This document shows, piece after piece, positions 1-9,233 of a DNA stretch of 64,000 bases (within the stretch, counting starts at the first letter, position 1; each line of letters opens with the position of its first letter). This DNA is from a phage. The stretch lies in NCBI GenBank assembly GCA_012813795.1, contig GCA_012813795.1_4087.1. One strand, 5' to 3'. The notes beneath the pieces are model-generated. The model did no database searches. It was given only the letters and a program-made list of their open reading frames with translations, and was not told the DNA's origin. Made by a program: the position numbers and the translations under genes.

Positions 1-176
1 ATATAACGTTGTGTCTTTGTTGTATTGAACTTTGTCAGGTCATTTAACAGTAAAGAGAGTACATGGGCTACATCGCGACCCCTAACATACATCGTGCGTT
101 CACTCATGACCTTTTCATAGCCACGAATGTTATCAAATTCAGATATACCCACGTATTCAATCACGTATCTGTTCAT
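1..176 (-). CDS. hypothetical protein (3' end cut by window edge)
   Basis: ATG at 176-174 overlaps stop of upstream ORF (ATGA coupling); frame stays open to position 1. Confidence 0.35.
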   Translation of the reverse strand, partial: MNRYVIEYVGISEFDNIRGYEKVMSERTMYVRGRDVAHVLSLLLNDLTKFNTTKTQRY

Positions 177-679
177 TTATCATCCACTTGTATGTCAAAG
201 GCTTTACAGAAATTATCTACTCTTTTACCAGGAACTGACATGTATATGTTATATGGCAATTCACATACCTTATTGGAAATTGCCAGTACTTTAGGAATAT
301 CAGGATCGTGTAGTTCAAAGTTGTATAGCAATGAACTTTGGAATACACCCTCTTCAGTACTGTAATCTACAATGAACAGTTCGTGTGATGATGGTATATC
401 ATATTCTACAATGTTTTTGTGATTCGGTCTATTATGAAAGTGAATTTCATATGTATCACGCACCGTTGGTTTAGATAGATAAACCGCAGATTCAAAAAGA
501 TCACCAATACCGAATGTAACATCACACAGCTTATCACCGTTTGTATCATACAAATAGAACATTGTACTATCAAATACTTTATCAGATACAATATTCATAG
601 TATTGTACGTACCATTGTAGCTCTCATTGAAGTTGATAAACTCTATGAACTTTACAAACTTATCAGTACTAAGATTCAC
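173..679 (-). CDS. EE-x-FFQ motif family protein (hypothetical)
   Basis: 168-aa ORF; C-terminal STEEGVFQSSLL matches the family motif. Confidence 0.5.
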   Translation of the reverse strand: MNLSTDKFVKFIEFINFNESYNGTYNTMNIVSDKVFDSTMFYLYDTNGDKLCDVTFGIGDLFESAVYLSKPTVRDTYEIHFHNRPNHKNIVEYDIPSSHELFIVDYSTEEGVFQSSLLYNFELHDPDIPKVLAISNKVCELPYNIYMSVPGKRVDNFCKAFDIQVDDK

Positions 680-879
680 TACTTCACCTCAATGACCTTA
701 AGGTTAACAAAGTCACCTTTGACCTTCATACATTTGTATTCGGTACGAGTTTCTTCACCAGCATCACGAGGCCAGTGTGTCGCAGAATAACACTGCTCAG
801 GTGTTTTATATACACCGTCACCGAATGTATGTGTGATTTCACCATTTGTTAGTACTACGGCTAGATATAAAGTAAACAT
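679..879 (-). CDS. hypothetical small protein
   Basis: 66-aa ORF in co-oriented array, coupled to neighbours. Confidence 0.35.
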   Translation of the reverse strand: MFTLYLAVVLTNGEITHTFGDGVYKTPEQCYSATHWPRDAGEETRTEYKCMKVKGDFVNLKVIEVK

Positions 880-1036
880 GTGTATTCCTCAAAAAAACTT
901 ATTAATGATAACTGCAAACAGTCCCAGTACTGCAATAATTACAGATACCCACATTACCGCATTCACTGTACCAGTTAGTTCTTTATCAAACTCCCTGCAC
1001 TTCTTGCGGTACTCTTCCCATTCTTTGTTGTTCACC

Positions 1037-1246
1037 TTATGCTCCCAATAAATCAGTTGCTTTCTTGAGAACAACGTCAATTGTTTCCAGTACTGCACCT
1101 TTGTGTTCAATTGATACAATATTATTATAAGTATCAAGGTCCAAGTATTCCATGTATTCAGTTTTGAATACACGAACATCAGTACTAGTGATTTTAAGAT
1201 CACAACCTTTATTCCAGATAACCTGCATCATTTCATTGGTAGTCAT
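1037..1246 (-). CDS. hypothetical protein
   Basis: 69-aa ORF; ATG overlaps upstream stop (TAATG). Confidence 0.4.
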   Translation of the reverse strand: MTTNEMMQVIWNKGCDLKITSTDVRVFKTEYMEYLDLDTYNNIVSIEHKGAVLETIDVVLKKATDLLGA

Positions 1247-1521
1247 TATTCAACCTTATCATAAACAAGTTTGTGAGTGCTTATTACTTTGTTGAGTTGC
1301 CCAGGACATTCATATACGTATAATCTCTCCTGACGTTTTTCCCAACCACCACAAATACGTCCTGCTTGTGTACATATTTCATATTCGTTAATAAAAGACT
1401 TACCTGTGAATGTACAATCATAACGAACTAAGTCTTTTGCACTAAACCTGCCGTAATCATTACATGCTGTAAGAAACATTGTACAGAATACAACAAACAC
1501 AGTCAATAGTTTTTTAATCAT
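1246..1521 (-). CDS. putative lipoprotein
   Basis: N-terminal signal peptide with lipobox FLTAC. Confidence 0.5.
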   Translation of the reverse strand: MIKKLLTVFVVFCTMFLTACNDYGRFSAKDLVRYDCTFTGKSFINEYEICTQAGRICGGWEKRQERLYVYECPGQLNKVISTHKLVYDKVE

Positions 1522-1886
1522 TTAAGATCTCCCCAACGGCAACCCTTCATATGATTCAAATTCACCTCAACTATTTCATGTGTGTCAGTGCACAATATCG
1601 ACAGTTTTTTTGTAAAATCACCTGGTGAACTTTCATATTTCACACAATAGCCCTCGATACGGAGAACCGAGTGGGTCCATGATTCCCACTCAATCCAAAT
1701 TTCATTTGGGTGATATACAATATCTTCGTTTAACTTGTGATATTCATCCAGTGGAAGCTGTGTAGTGATATCAATATATTTTACATTTCGACTGAGTTTT
1801 TCAAGCTGATATCGTGTATTAGCTAGATATTCTTCGTCATTCAAACGTTTTAAGATATTTGCCGAACGAGTAGTATCAAGACTCAT
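1518..1886 (-). CDS. hypothetical protein
   Basis: 122-aa ORF, 4-nt overlap with upstream gene. Confidence 0.5.
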   Translation of the reverse strand: MSLDTTRSANILKRLNDEEYLANTRYQLEKLSRNVKYIDITTQLPLDEYHKLNEDIVYHPNEIWIEWESWTHSVLRIEGYCVKYESSPGDFTKKLSILCTDTHEIVEVNLNHMKGCRWGDLK

Positions 1887-1888
1887 TG

Positions 1889-2134
1889 TTATTCTCCATG
1901 AACCACAGATGTATCCACGCGAACTTTACCACTCATATAAGACGTAGTAGTGTTTGCATTAGGACAGTACACAGTGTACAAAGATGCACCAGCACCGTCT
2001 TGTTGCATACGATAAATCTTACACCCTGCTTCTTTGAGTTCAGTTGGTAAAACAAACTCACTAGTTCGTTCTTTGGTTGAAGCATCACATGCAGTGAGTA
2101 GGAAAGCAATTAGTACTGCTACAATATATTTCAT
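1889..2134 (-). CDS. putative lipoprotein
   Basis: Signal peptide with lipobox LLTAC. Confidence 0.5.
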   Translation of the reverse strand: MKYIVAVLIAFLLTACDASTKERTSEFVLPTELKEAGCKIYRMQQDGAGASLYTVYCPNANTTTSYMSGKVRVDTSVVHGE

Positions 2135-2442
2135 TAACGAACCTCCACTTCTTGAGAAAGAGCATGAGTCAGTGCATTTGAATTCGAACCATTCATTTCA
2201 CGCTGACATACAAACATAATGGCATCTTGTACTGAACCTGCGATTTCATACTCACGACCTTCTGGATCAGTTACCAGATGTTCAACGATACAACCACCAC
2301 GCAGTACAGAAGCACCAGTACTTACACTAATCCTGTAACCTAAAAAATCAAACTGCATACATGCGTCAGTAGGTTTCATCCAATAACCGCTGTTTTGATT
2401 CAAATCGATGATTACAAAACCTTGAGTGTTAGTTTGAAACAT
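2134..2442 (-). CDS. hypothetical protein
   Basis: 102-aa ORF; N-terminus MFQTNT resembles ORF 3011..3211; early promoter upstream. Confidence 0.5.
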   Translation of the reverse strand: MFQTNTQGFVIIDLNQNSGYWMKPTDACMQFDFLGYRISVSTGASVLRGGCIVEHLVTDPEGREYEIAGSVQDAIMFVCQREMNGSNSNALTHALSQEVEVR

Positions 2443-2535
2443 AGTTAATTCCTCATTTAATTTAAAAGGGTGGAAACGCAGTGACGAGTACGATTATGCT
2501 GTCTTTCCTTTCACTGCATTCCCTTTGATATAAAC

Positions 2536-2564
2536 ATTATACTGCTATTATTCAGTACTGTCAA
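2536..2564 (-). promoter_or_regulatory. sigma70-type early promoter (TTGACA-N17-TATAAT)
   Basis: Minus strand reads TTGACAGTACTGAATAATAGCAGTATAAT followed by GTTTATATCAAAG. Confidence 0.6.
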
Positions 2565-2839
2565 TCGATATAAGTACCTTTTTTAACATCACAGACTTCT
2601 TCCATCCAATGTGGATTTTCGTTTTTATCAGTGAAGATTTGTTCTGCTTCTTCTTTTGTTTCAGCTAGGACGATACGGTCCCCATCATCCAAAACACGGA
2701 TACGATAAACTTTCAGTTCTTGTTTCTGCTCAAGGATATTACACAGTTCACGTGCTTTTTCTTCATCGCACTCCCCTTCATTAGCATAAAACCAGATTGC
2801 TTTTTTAATAAGGTCACGTTCTTCTTTGGTAAAAGACAT
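2561..2839 (-). CDS. hypothetical protein
   Basis: 92-aa acidic ORF downstream of promoter 2885..2912. Confidence 0.5.
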   Translation of the reverse strand: MSFTKEERDLIKKAIWFYANEGECDEEKARELCNILEQKQELKVYRIRVLDDGDRIVLAETKEEAEQIFTDKNENPHWMEEVCDVKKGTYID

Positions 2840-2884
2840 AATATTTCCTATTATTTGTTAAAGTGGGTGTCGTTTGATATAAAC

Positions 2885-2912
2885 ATTATACAGTACTGAT
2901 ATCTTCTGTCAA
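2885..2912 (-). promoter_or_regulatory. sigma70-type early promoter
   Basis: TTGACA-N16-TATAAT then GTTTATATCAAACG on minus strand. Confidence 0.55.
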
Positions 2913-3010
2913 GTATTAATCACCAAAAATCATCATATACCCAAACCAACAAACACAGATGACTAAAACTAACAATACCAACGATAATCTCTAAAGTCAC
3001 GTTTGCATCC

Positions 3011-3211
3011 TTAATCAATGATTTTATATTCACGATGACCATAGAAGCCAGCCTCAAGGATGTGATTACCATCAGCATCTTCCAAGTCCCAGCCACGGGA
3101 TGTTTCGGCAATAATAGTCATGATGTGACCTTTAGTGAAGGTTCCACTCATAGTAGATACGTCTTCAAGTAATTGAACCTGCTTACCAACATTTGTATTC
3201 GATTGAAACAT
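3011..3211 (-). CDS. hypothetical protein
   Basis: 66-aa ORF, N-terminus MFQSNT paralogous to 2134..2442. Confidence 0.4.
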   Translation of the reverse strand: MFQSNTNVGKQVQLLEDVSTMSGTFTKGHIMTIIAETSRGWDLEDADGNHILEAGFYGHREYKIID

Positions 3212-3299
3212 TTATTTTTCCTTTAAGGTTGGATATATGCCAGTGCACCAATACCGATAACAACTACAGTGAATACAACCAGAAATATATTAAGTTTCA

Positions 3300-3467
3300 T
3301 CATTGTTTAATCACCTCGATTACTTTATCGATCTTAGTTCCAATACTTTCAGTACTTTCAGTTTTAGATGTACAGTAATCTGGACGGGTGTCAGGAAACT
3401 TCTCAGTTACCCATGAATGTCCATAGATGCCTAAACCGATACCAACGATTAAGATAATGATTTGCAT
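3300..3467 (-). CDS. possible small membrane protein (55 aa)
   Basis: ATG with GAGGA RBS about 7 nt upstream; hydrophobic N-terminus MQIIILIVGIGLGIY; below ORF-track size cutoff. Confidence 0.3.
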   Translation of the reverse strand: MQIIILIVGIGLGIYGHSWVTEKFPDTRPDYCTSKTESTESIGTKIDKVIEVIKQ

Positions 3468-3481
3468 GATAGTTCCTCTAA

Positions 3482-4294
3482 TTAAATTACATAGGGTTTA
3501 TAGTAATGAATCTCATTTGCTATTGCAGTGAAAACTTTCTTATTAAATCTTTCACCATAATCACGAAGTGATTCACCTTCTACGCTTTCAATAAAGTAAT
3601 TATATACTGGTAGTCGTGCACTGTCAATACCTATAAACGATTTCATGTAAATTTGTACTAAACGATTCATACCTGAATTTAAACATTCAACATCAAAGTG
3701 CTTGATACCTTTGTCTAAGTGCTTGAATGCATTGATGATACCACGCTTGAAATCACGCTCCATAGTACTGAATAGATTCTCAGGAAACACTGTAATCGGA
3801 GACATGGATTTAAGAATGTATGTATCTTTTGCATTCTTGATGTACTCAATGAAGCAGTAGTTTACATTAGGCTCAATTGAACGGTCTGCATTATGATACC
3901 AGTACTTAAACTCGCTGTACTCTGCGAACTTATGCTGGCGTAAGGCATTACAATCCTCACACAGTGCAGTCATGTTCTCTTTATCATTACCACCCTGAAG
4001 ACAGTCAAGTACATTATGGTCTAACGTCATGCGTACAAGGCGTTTCCCTTTAAGTACATAAGGTCTGAATTTATAACGGTCTTTAGTACTGTGCTTATGT
4101 AAAGTGAATACTACATTGGATTCACCACAACAATCACATTTAAAGCCGTCACGAGACATTACATGAATGAGTTTGCGAGTATTAGGTCCAAACTCAGATT
4201 TAGTAATATTATCCACAATTTCTGATGGTTGGTAATATTTTGAATTCAGTCGAATCAATTCATCGATAGTACTCATTTTAGATTTCCTCTTCAC
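3482..4294 (-). CDS. HNH-family endonuclease (putative homing endonuclease)
   Basis: CxxC ... DHNVLDCLQGGNDKENMTALCEDCN resembles the HNH zinc-binding core. Confidence 0.6.
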   Translation of the reverse strand: MKRKSKMSTIDELIRLNSKYYQPSEIVDNITKSEFGPNTRKLIHVMSRDGFKCDCCGESNVVFTLHKHSTKDRYKFRPYVLKGKRLVRMTLDHNVLDCLQGGNDKENMTALCEDCNALRQHKFAEYSEFKYWYHNADRSIEPNVNYCFIEYIKNAKDTYILKSMSPITVFPENLFSTMERDFKRGIINAFKHLDKGIKHFDVECLNSGMNRLVQIYMKSFIGIDSARLPVYNYFIESVEGESLRDYGERFNKKVFTAIANEIHYYKPYVI

Positions 4295-4502
4295 TGCATT
4301 CGGTGATTACTTTTTTAACCTCTATAACTCTTACTAAATGATACCCGCACCTATGGTTGAAATTAAACATGTTTACTAATGCATCAGCTTCTGTTTTTGC
4401 CCTAAATTGGAGATTATATATGTGCATAGTTTCATCGAGTGAGGCTTCACCTTTGCTATTGAAAACAATTTTACAAACTTCAAACCTTACTCGATAAATC
4501 AT
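4278..4502 (-). CDS. hypothetical protein
   Basis: 74-aa ORF. Confidence 0.4.
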   Translation of the reverse strand: MIYRVRFEVCKIVFNSKGEASLDETMHIYNLQFRAKTEADALVNMFNFNHRCGYHLVRVIEVKKVITECSEEEI

Positions 4503-4708
4503 TGAGTTTGTCCTACAATAAATTTCGCTTTAATATCACTTTTGTAACACCACATTTGTTCTTCACTAACTGTCATCCAAGAATTTTTGTTTACTTGTTC
4601 GTATGTACTATCACGTACAGAAAAACATTGGTTTAATGAATTCATAGGGGTAATTTGTACACCGGATTGCATTGAAAGAGCAACAATTAAAAAGATTGTA
4701 GTATTCAT
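4499..4708 (-). CDS. hypothetical secreted or membrane protein
   Basis: 69-aa ORF with hydrophobic N-terminus. Confidence 0.4.
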   Translation of the reverse strand: MNTTIFLIVALSMQSGVQITPMNSLNQCFSVRDSTYEQVNKNSWMTVSEEQMWCYKSDIKAKFIVGQTQ

Positions 4709-5323
4709 TGAATGTTCCTTAATAGTTAGTCATCCATCTCTTCGAGATGTCTGTTCGCTTCTAATACTACGTATTCTACGCGAATGATTAATAACTGTCA
4801 AGGACTTTTAATATTGACGGGATTTGAGGAAGGGATTTTTCTTCCCCCCGCTGGGAGGGGAATTTGACGCTGATGGTATCAGAGCTATTGCATTGAAGAT
4901 TACTCTTAATGAGTACGAAAGCGGGTCATCCTGTTTCTCTCTACTTCAGTTTCATATGACGGTCTACACTTTTAAACATAGTGTATCTTCATTAAGTATC
5001 TATGCAATCAAATACTTAATGTGAGTACTCAAATTTTGGACGCAACTTTCCTGTACAAAATTTGATAACTCTCCCTTAGATAATTCGTAAGGTGTTATCC
5101 TTATATGTCTATCTAGGAACCACCAGCCATCCTAACGTGGTTCTTTATAGTGCCGCATTGCCGTGAGGGGTTCATAATATGCCCACATCTGACGGGTTTC
5201 TTCTGCACTTCGCACTGCTGGACTGCTCAACTGCCCTCTACATTTTCGAGTGGATCAGGTTCATGTCATCCATGCCAACAGAATTGTACAATATCATTGT
5301 ATCATGAACATCCATTTTGTCCC

Positions 5324-5352
5324 ATAAAAAAAGGGCTGACCTAAGTCAACCC
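5324..5352 (-). terminator. rho-independent terminator after sigma gene
   Basis: GGGUUGAC/GUCAGCCC hairpin (one G-U pair) followed by U7 on minus-strand RNA; A/T runs on both sides. Confidence 0.55.
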
Positions 5353-5359
5353 TTTTTCT

Positions 5360-6322
5360 TTAGAAATCTTCGTATTCGTACCCTTTTTCAAGTACTATTT
5401 TTTTAAGCTTTTGAATAGCTTCACTATATTTTCGGTGCACAGATGAACGGGACTTAACAATGTTTCCTTTATCATCAACATATCCATTATCAGAAATTTC
5501 ACGAAGGGTTTCTGCTTTGTAATCCCCAAGACCATGAACACGCATGATAATTTCTCGTTCTTTAGTACTCAATTCGTCAATGATTTCTGTGATTGCATAA
5601 CGTAATGGATTACAAATGCTATCAACATTAAGGTTATAATCACGAGCAGATGAACTCAGAATATCCCCAAGGGTTCCGTCTGAATCTGAACCCAGTTGTG
5701 CATCAAGAGTCGTATATGCATTCTGGTATAACAAACAGTTCTTAACGTGCTGAAGCTCGATACCAGTACTCTCAGAGATTAATTCTGGTGTTGGTCGCTT
5801 ACCGTGTTCACGTTGATATGATTCATTAAATCGACGTACTTGGATGTTATGAACGCTCATATAACGTGGTAAGTACACCATGTAATTTGCATCTGAACTT
5901 TCATTATACATAGTCATATAAACGGACGTTGTTGCATATGTAATGAATTTGACATTCTTACTAAGATCAAAGGTTTTAAGTGCTCGCATAAAACCTTCTA
6001 CGCCATATGCAATTTTATCTTCAAACGGAATATAACATGTACACTTTGAAGCAACGTCAACAATCATACCATAGTTGTAACGAAGTAATAGGTCAGTATT
6101 CTTTTTTACATTAATCCCAGCACGAATCTCTTCTATGATAGATTCATTAGTTACACCTGCTGGACGTTTAATACTGATATTACTTTTACTACGAACTTTA
6201 TGTGGAATATCATCTTCAATAACTTCTGATGGTTCAATTGCTTCCAATGGATTGACTTCTTCATTCGCAAAACATTCATCCAGTACTTCTTCGGAAATTG
6301 CGTTTAAGTCTAGTTTCTTCAC
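5360..6322 (-). CDS. sigma-70 family RNA polymerase sigma factor
   Basis: 320 aa; region-2-like segment and C-terminal region-4 HTH (LSTKEREIIMRVHGLGDYKAETLREISD...RSSVHRKYSEAIQKL). Confidence 0.7.
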   Translation of the reverse strand: MKKLDLNAISEEVLDECFANEEVNPLEAIEPSEVIEDDIPHKVRSKSNISIKRPAGVTNESIIEEIRAGINVKKNTDLLLRYNYGMIVDVASKCTCYIPFEDKIAYGVEGFMRALKTFDLSKNVKFITYATTSVYMTMYNESSDANYMVYLPRYMSVHNIQVRRFNESYQREHGKRPTPELISESTGIELQHVKNCLLYQNAYTTLDAQLGSDSDGTLGDILSSSARDYNLNVDSICNPLRYAITEIIDELSTKEREIIMRVHGLGDYKAETLREISDNGYVDDKGNIVKSRSSVHRKYSEAIQKLKKIVLEKGYEYEDF

Positions 6323-6343
6323 TTACTTCTCCTAATGAAAAAA

Positions 6344-6841
6344 TCAAAATTGGTATACATTAATATTGTCGTCAGTATATTCATCGTGGTTTTTTACCTC
6401 TTTGAAAGTACTGAATATTTTTTGAAGTAGTGTGTCTTGGTTCTCATGCACAGCAGCATCAACCATGTACTCTCCACCACTTCCCATGAAGAATACATAT
6501 TCCTCATGCATGAACTCAAGGTACTTAAAAAACTTCCCGTTCTTTGTTCCTAAGTGAATACAATAATCTTTGGACAACAAGACACAATGGCAGTTCTCTT
6601 TTCTACTGGGCAGTACTATATCACCATATATCAAATACATCAAGACTTTATTGATTTCATTCACTGAACCTGCTGCACTAAACAGACGATCATGAATGTA
6701 TAATGATTTTTGAGTAACTACACCATATTGTTTTTTTGGTTTTAACGGGAATAATCCGAGAAAGTACCTCTCTGTAGAGGTTGTTACTCTTGAATCAGTG
6801 AGCAATAATCCAACACGCTTGTCAACATATACTGTAGTCAT
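6344..6841 (-). CDS. possible HslV/proteasome-beta-like Ntn peptidase
   Basis: 165 aa; N-terminal MTTVYV (Thr after Met) and GSGGEY motif about 120 aa in, similar in spacing to HslV TTIVSV ... GSGGPYA. Confidence 0.4.
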   Translation of the reverse strand: MTTVYVDKRVGLLLTDSRVTTSTERYFLGLFPLKPKKQYGVVTQKSLYIHDRLFSAAGSVNEINKVLMYLIYGDIVLPSRKENCHCVLLSKDYCIHLGTKNGKFFKYLEFMHEEYVFFMGSGGEYMVDAAVHENQDTLLQKIFSTFKEVKNHDEYTDDNINVYQF

Positions 6842-6842
6842 T

Positions 6843-7268
6843 CTACACCTTATCTAAGAATGCGGAATATATATCAATTTCTCTTCCTTTCAATACCTTA
6901 TCAAATGGGAAGGGATCTTTACTTCCAGTTAATATACCAAGTTTTGTGAAAAAATACAAGGCAATGAATTCAGTTATTTTGATGTTTTTCTTACTCTTAA
7001 CCAATTCTGCATAAGCAGAATTATAATCAAATTTTGTAGATGAACCATCAAATCCAAAATAGTGAATGTTGTAATTTTTTGAAAAGTTACTAACTGTCAT
7101 TCTTTCACATATCAAATCAATGGCTACTTTGGACCTACAATGCTTATTGAGTAAATCATAATTACAATTATTCAATGCCTCGTATATATCAAAAGACTCT
7201 TGAGCCAGTGTATGTACTTTAGGCTTAATTAGTTTACTTAGTAAGTACCTTATCTTTTTCAGAATCAT
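6843..7268 (-). CDS. hypothetical protein
   Basis: 141-aa ORF. Confidence 0.5.
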   Translation of the reverse strand: MILKKIRYLLSKLIKPKVHTLAQESFDIYEALNNCNYDLLNKHCRSKVAIDLICERMTVSNFSKNYNIHYFGFDGSSTKFDYNSAYAELVKSKKNIKITEFIALYFFTKLGILTGSKDPFPFDKVLKGREIDIYSAFLDKV

Positions 7269-7701
7269 AATAGTACTGCATCTCCGAAAGTAACATTACC
7301 TTATCAATATCAGGGAATGAATCAATAAGTAATGCTTTGATTTCATCCTTTAGCTCTTTGGCTTTTACAGACCATCCTTTGTAATAAGCTTGGAGGATGG
7401 GATCTTTCTTATGCATAGTATCTAATGCATTAACAGCGTAATCCACATGAAATGCAAGTACACCACATAGTTCTTCAATGTACTTCATCTTCATGTTATG
7501 AATATCGCGTTTAGCAGCGTTTGCAAGCACTGTGAACGCAGAATGCATATCACTAAGAGTATGTACTTCAAGTTTATAAAGGTCTTCACAAATGGCTACA
7601 ACGCGTTTTTCTGCCTTGGCTTGCTTAGAGTCTGCTTGGAAAAACAATTCAGACGGTGGATAGACCTTAGTTTTTTCTACCCATTGAACTAATTTATTCA
7701 C
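7234..7701 (-). CDS. hypothetical protein
   Basis: 155-aa ORF. Confidence 0.5.
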   Translation of the reverse strand: MNKLVQWVEKTKVYPPSELFFQADSKQAKAEKRVVAICEDLYKLEVHTLSDMHSAFTVLANAAKRDIHNMKMKYIEELCGVLAFHVDYAVNALDTMHKKDPILQAYYKGWSVKAKELKDEIKALLIDSFPDIDKVMLLSEMQYYYDSEKDKVLTK

Positions 7702-7973
7702 AGTACACCCTCTTCAAAAGATTCAGAAATGATCAGAGCATCATCGTAGTCGTCAGCAACAGAACGTACTACATCTAAATTAGTTTTACCTTGAACACTC
7801 TTAACATCGTTCATGAGATAATTAAGATCTACTTTAGTAACTTTTTCAGAATCGAATACACAAAAAGTAAGTTCAGTATCAGGGCAAATGTTTTTAAGAT
7901 TATTAGAAATAACTTTTTTAAAATCAAAAGACGGAGAAGCAACCAGGTTTACTGCTACTAGAATAGAGTTCAT
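7698..7973 (-). CDS. hypothetical protein
   Basis: 91-aa ORF downstream of promoter 8014..8042. Confidence 0.45.
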   Translation of the reverse strand: MNSILVAVNLVASPSFDFKKVISNNLKNICPDTELTFCVFDSEKVTKVDLNYLMNDVKSVQGKTNLDVVRSVADDYDDALIISESFEEGVL

Positions 7974-8013
7974 TGTGTTTTTCCTTTTTGGTTTTCAATT
8001 AAAGTAGGAGTAC

Positions 8014-8042
8014 ATTGTACTCCTATATTTCAGTACTGTCAA
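8014..8042 (-). promoter_or_regulatory. sigma70-type early promoter
   Basis: TTGACAGTACTGAAATATAGGAGTACAAT on minus strand (17-bp spacer). Confidence 0.5.
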
Positions 8043-8046
8043 GTAC

Positions 8047-8298
8047 TTAGATACCTAAAACTGCATTTAGTTCTTTGCGTTTGTTAAAAGAATCTGATTC
8101 AATCTTACTTTTCTTATTGAACATTGATTCGATATCTTTGTAGATACCTTCGATGCTTTTAGTAACTACCCATTCTGATTCTTGTAACATACCTTGAAGT
8201 CTAGCGTATTCAACCTTAATAGTGTCACGTAGTTCTTGACATTGGACTTCATTTTTCTGTAAAGCTTCAGTTAATGATTTCACCACATCGAGATTCAT
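8047..8298 (-). CDS. hypothetical protein
   Basis: 83-aa ORF, helical/coiled-coil-like. Confidence 0.45.
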   Translation of the reverse strand: MNLDVVKSLTEALQKNEVQCQELRDTIKVEYARLQGMLQESEWVVTKSIEGIYKDIESMFNKKSKIESDSFNKRKELNAVLGI

Positions 8299-8352
8299 AT
8301 GTGTCCCTCCTTTGTTTTGATAAAATAATTATATCCCTTAACACATTTTATG

Positions 8353-8778
8353 TCAAGATGTTTTTGTTCCTTCCCTTGCCTCTCGTTCAAGAAACTCTTG
8401 GATTATTGAATTTTGTCGTGAACGAACAACTATTGTCATTAACAAAAGTATTGATGATGCAACACCAGGAATGATCTCACCCATTTGAATGAAATAAACT
8501 GTCAGTAATGCAAATGGTACAATAGTTACTGAACTGATCGTTTTCCACCCAAAGTCATTCGCAAAGTTGTTTTTATCTTTCTCGTCATTATCCATTGCAA
8601 TTGTTAGTAACGTAATAAGAGCAGCCAAACCCGCACACAGGCAGTATCCAACAATAGCAATAGTAAACCACGCTGGATTAAGTACTGTACCAATCGAATA
8701 CTTTGTGCATAATACGTCAATTAGACATAAAATACCAAATGAAAAGGGAGCGAGTAATAGTTTATAGTATGTTCTCAT
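8353..8778 (-). CDS. hypothetical membrane protein
   Basis: 141 aa with several hydrophobic segments. Confidence 0.5.
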   Translation of the reverse strand: MRTYYKLLLAPFSFGILCLIDVLCTKYSIGTVLNPAWFTIAIVGYCLCAGLAALITLLTIAMDNDEKDKNNFANDFGWKTISSVTIVPFALLTVYFIQMGEIIPGVASSILLLMTIVVRSRQNSIIQEFLEREAREGTKTS

Positions 8779-9233
8779 TATAAATCTACCTTTGTTGTTG
8801 GAATTGACTTCCTACGTATCTCTTCCGCAGTTTGCATGTCTTCGTACTCCTGTGCAAACTTGTTTTGAACCGTTCGCATACGTTCAAGGACAATAAACAA
8901 AATCATTGCCATGCCCATATATGAATAGTATTCATAGTTCAAAGCATAAATGATACATGGAATGAACGGGAGTGTTAGATACCACCCATAGTGTTTAAAT
9001 TCAAAAACTACTGCATAGAAACGTCTTGCATCGTCTTCATCACTAAAGATCATAAAAGCACTAGAAAAAAAGACACCAAGAAAAAATAAAAGTGAAAACA
9101 CTGAAACTACTGTTTGGTACTTGTTATCATCTGTGACTTGAAAGAAGTCCAGTACTGGTAATGAAAACCAAGACAAAATACCAAGAAGATAAATGTATTT
9201 TACGGATTTGATAGAAATCATTTTAAACCCCAT
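8778..9233 (-). CDS. hypothetical membrane protein
   Basis: 151 aa with several hydrophobic segments; abuts downstream gene. Confidence 0.5.
   Translation of the reverse strand: MGFKMISIKSVKYIYLLGILSWFSLPVLDFFQVTDDNKYQTVVSVFSLLFFLGVFFSSAFMIFSDEDDARRFYAVVFEFKHYGWYLTLPFIPCIIYALNYEYYSYMGMAMILFIVLERMRTVQNKFAQEYEDMQTAEEIRRKSIPTTKVDL

Noticed and set aside
889-1203. 104-aa minus-strand ORF overlapping 1037..1246
   Set aside because: Starts with GTG and overlaps 167 nt of an ORF that has clean TAATG coupling; cannot be resolved from sequence, so only 1037..1246 was kept.
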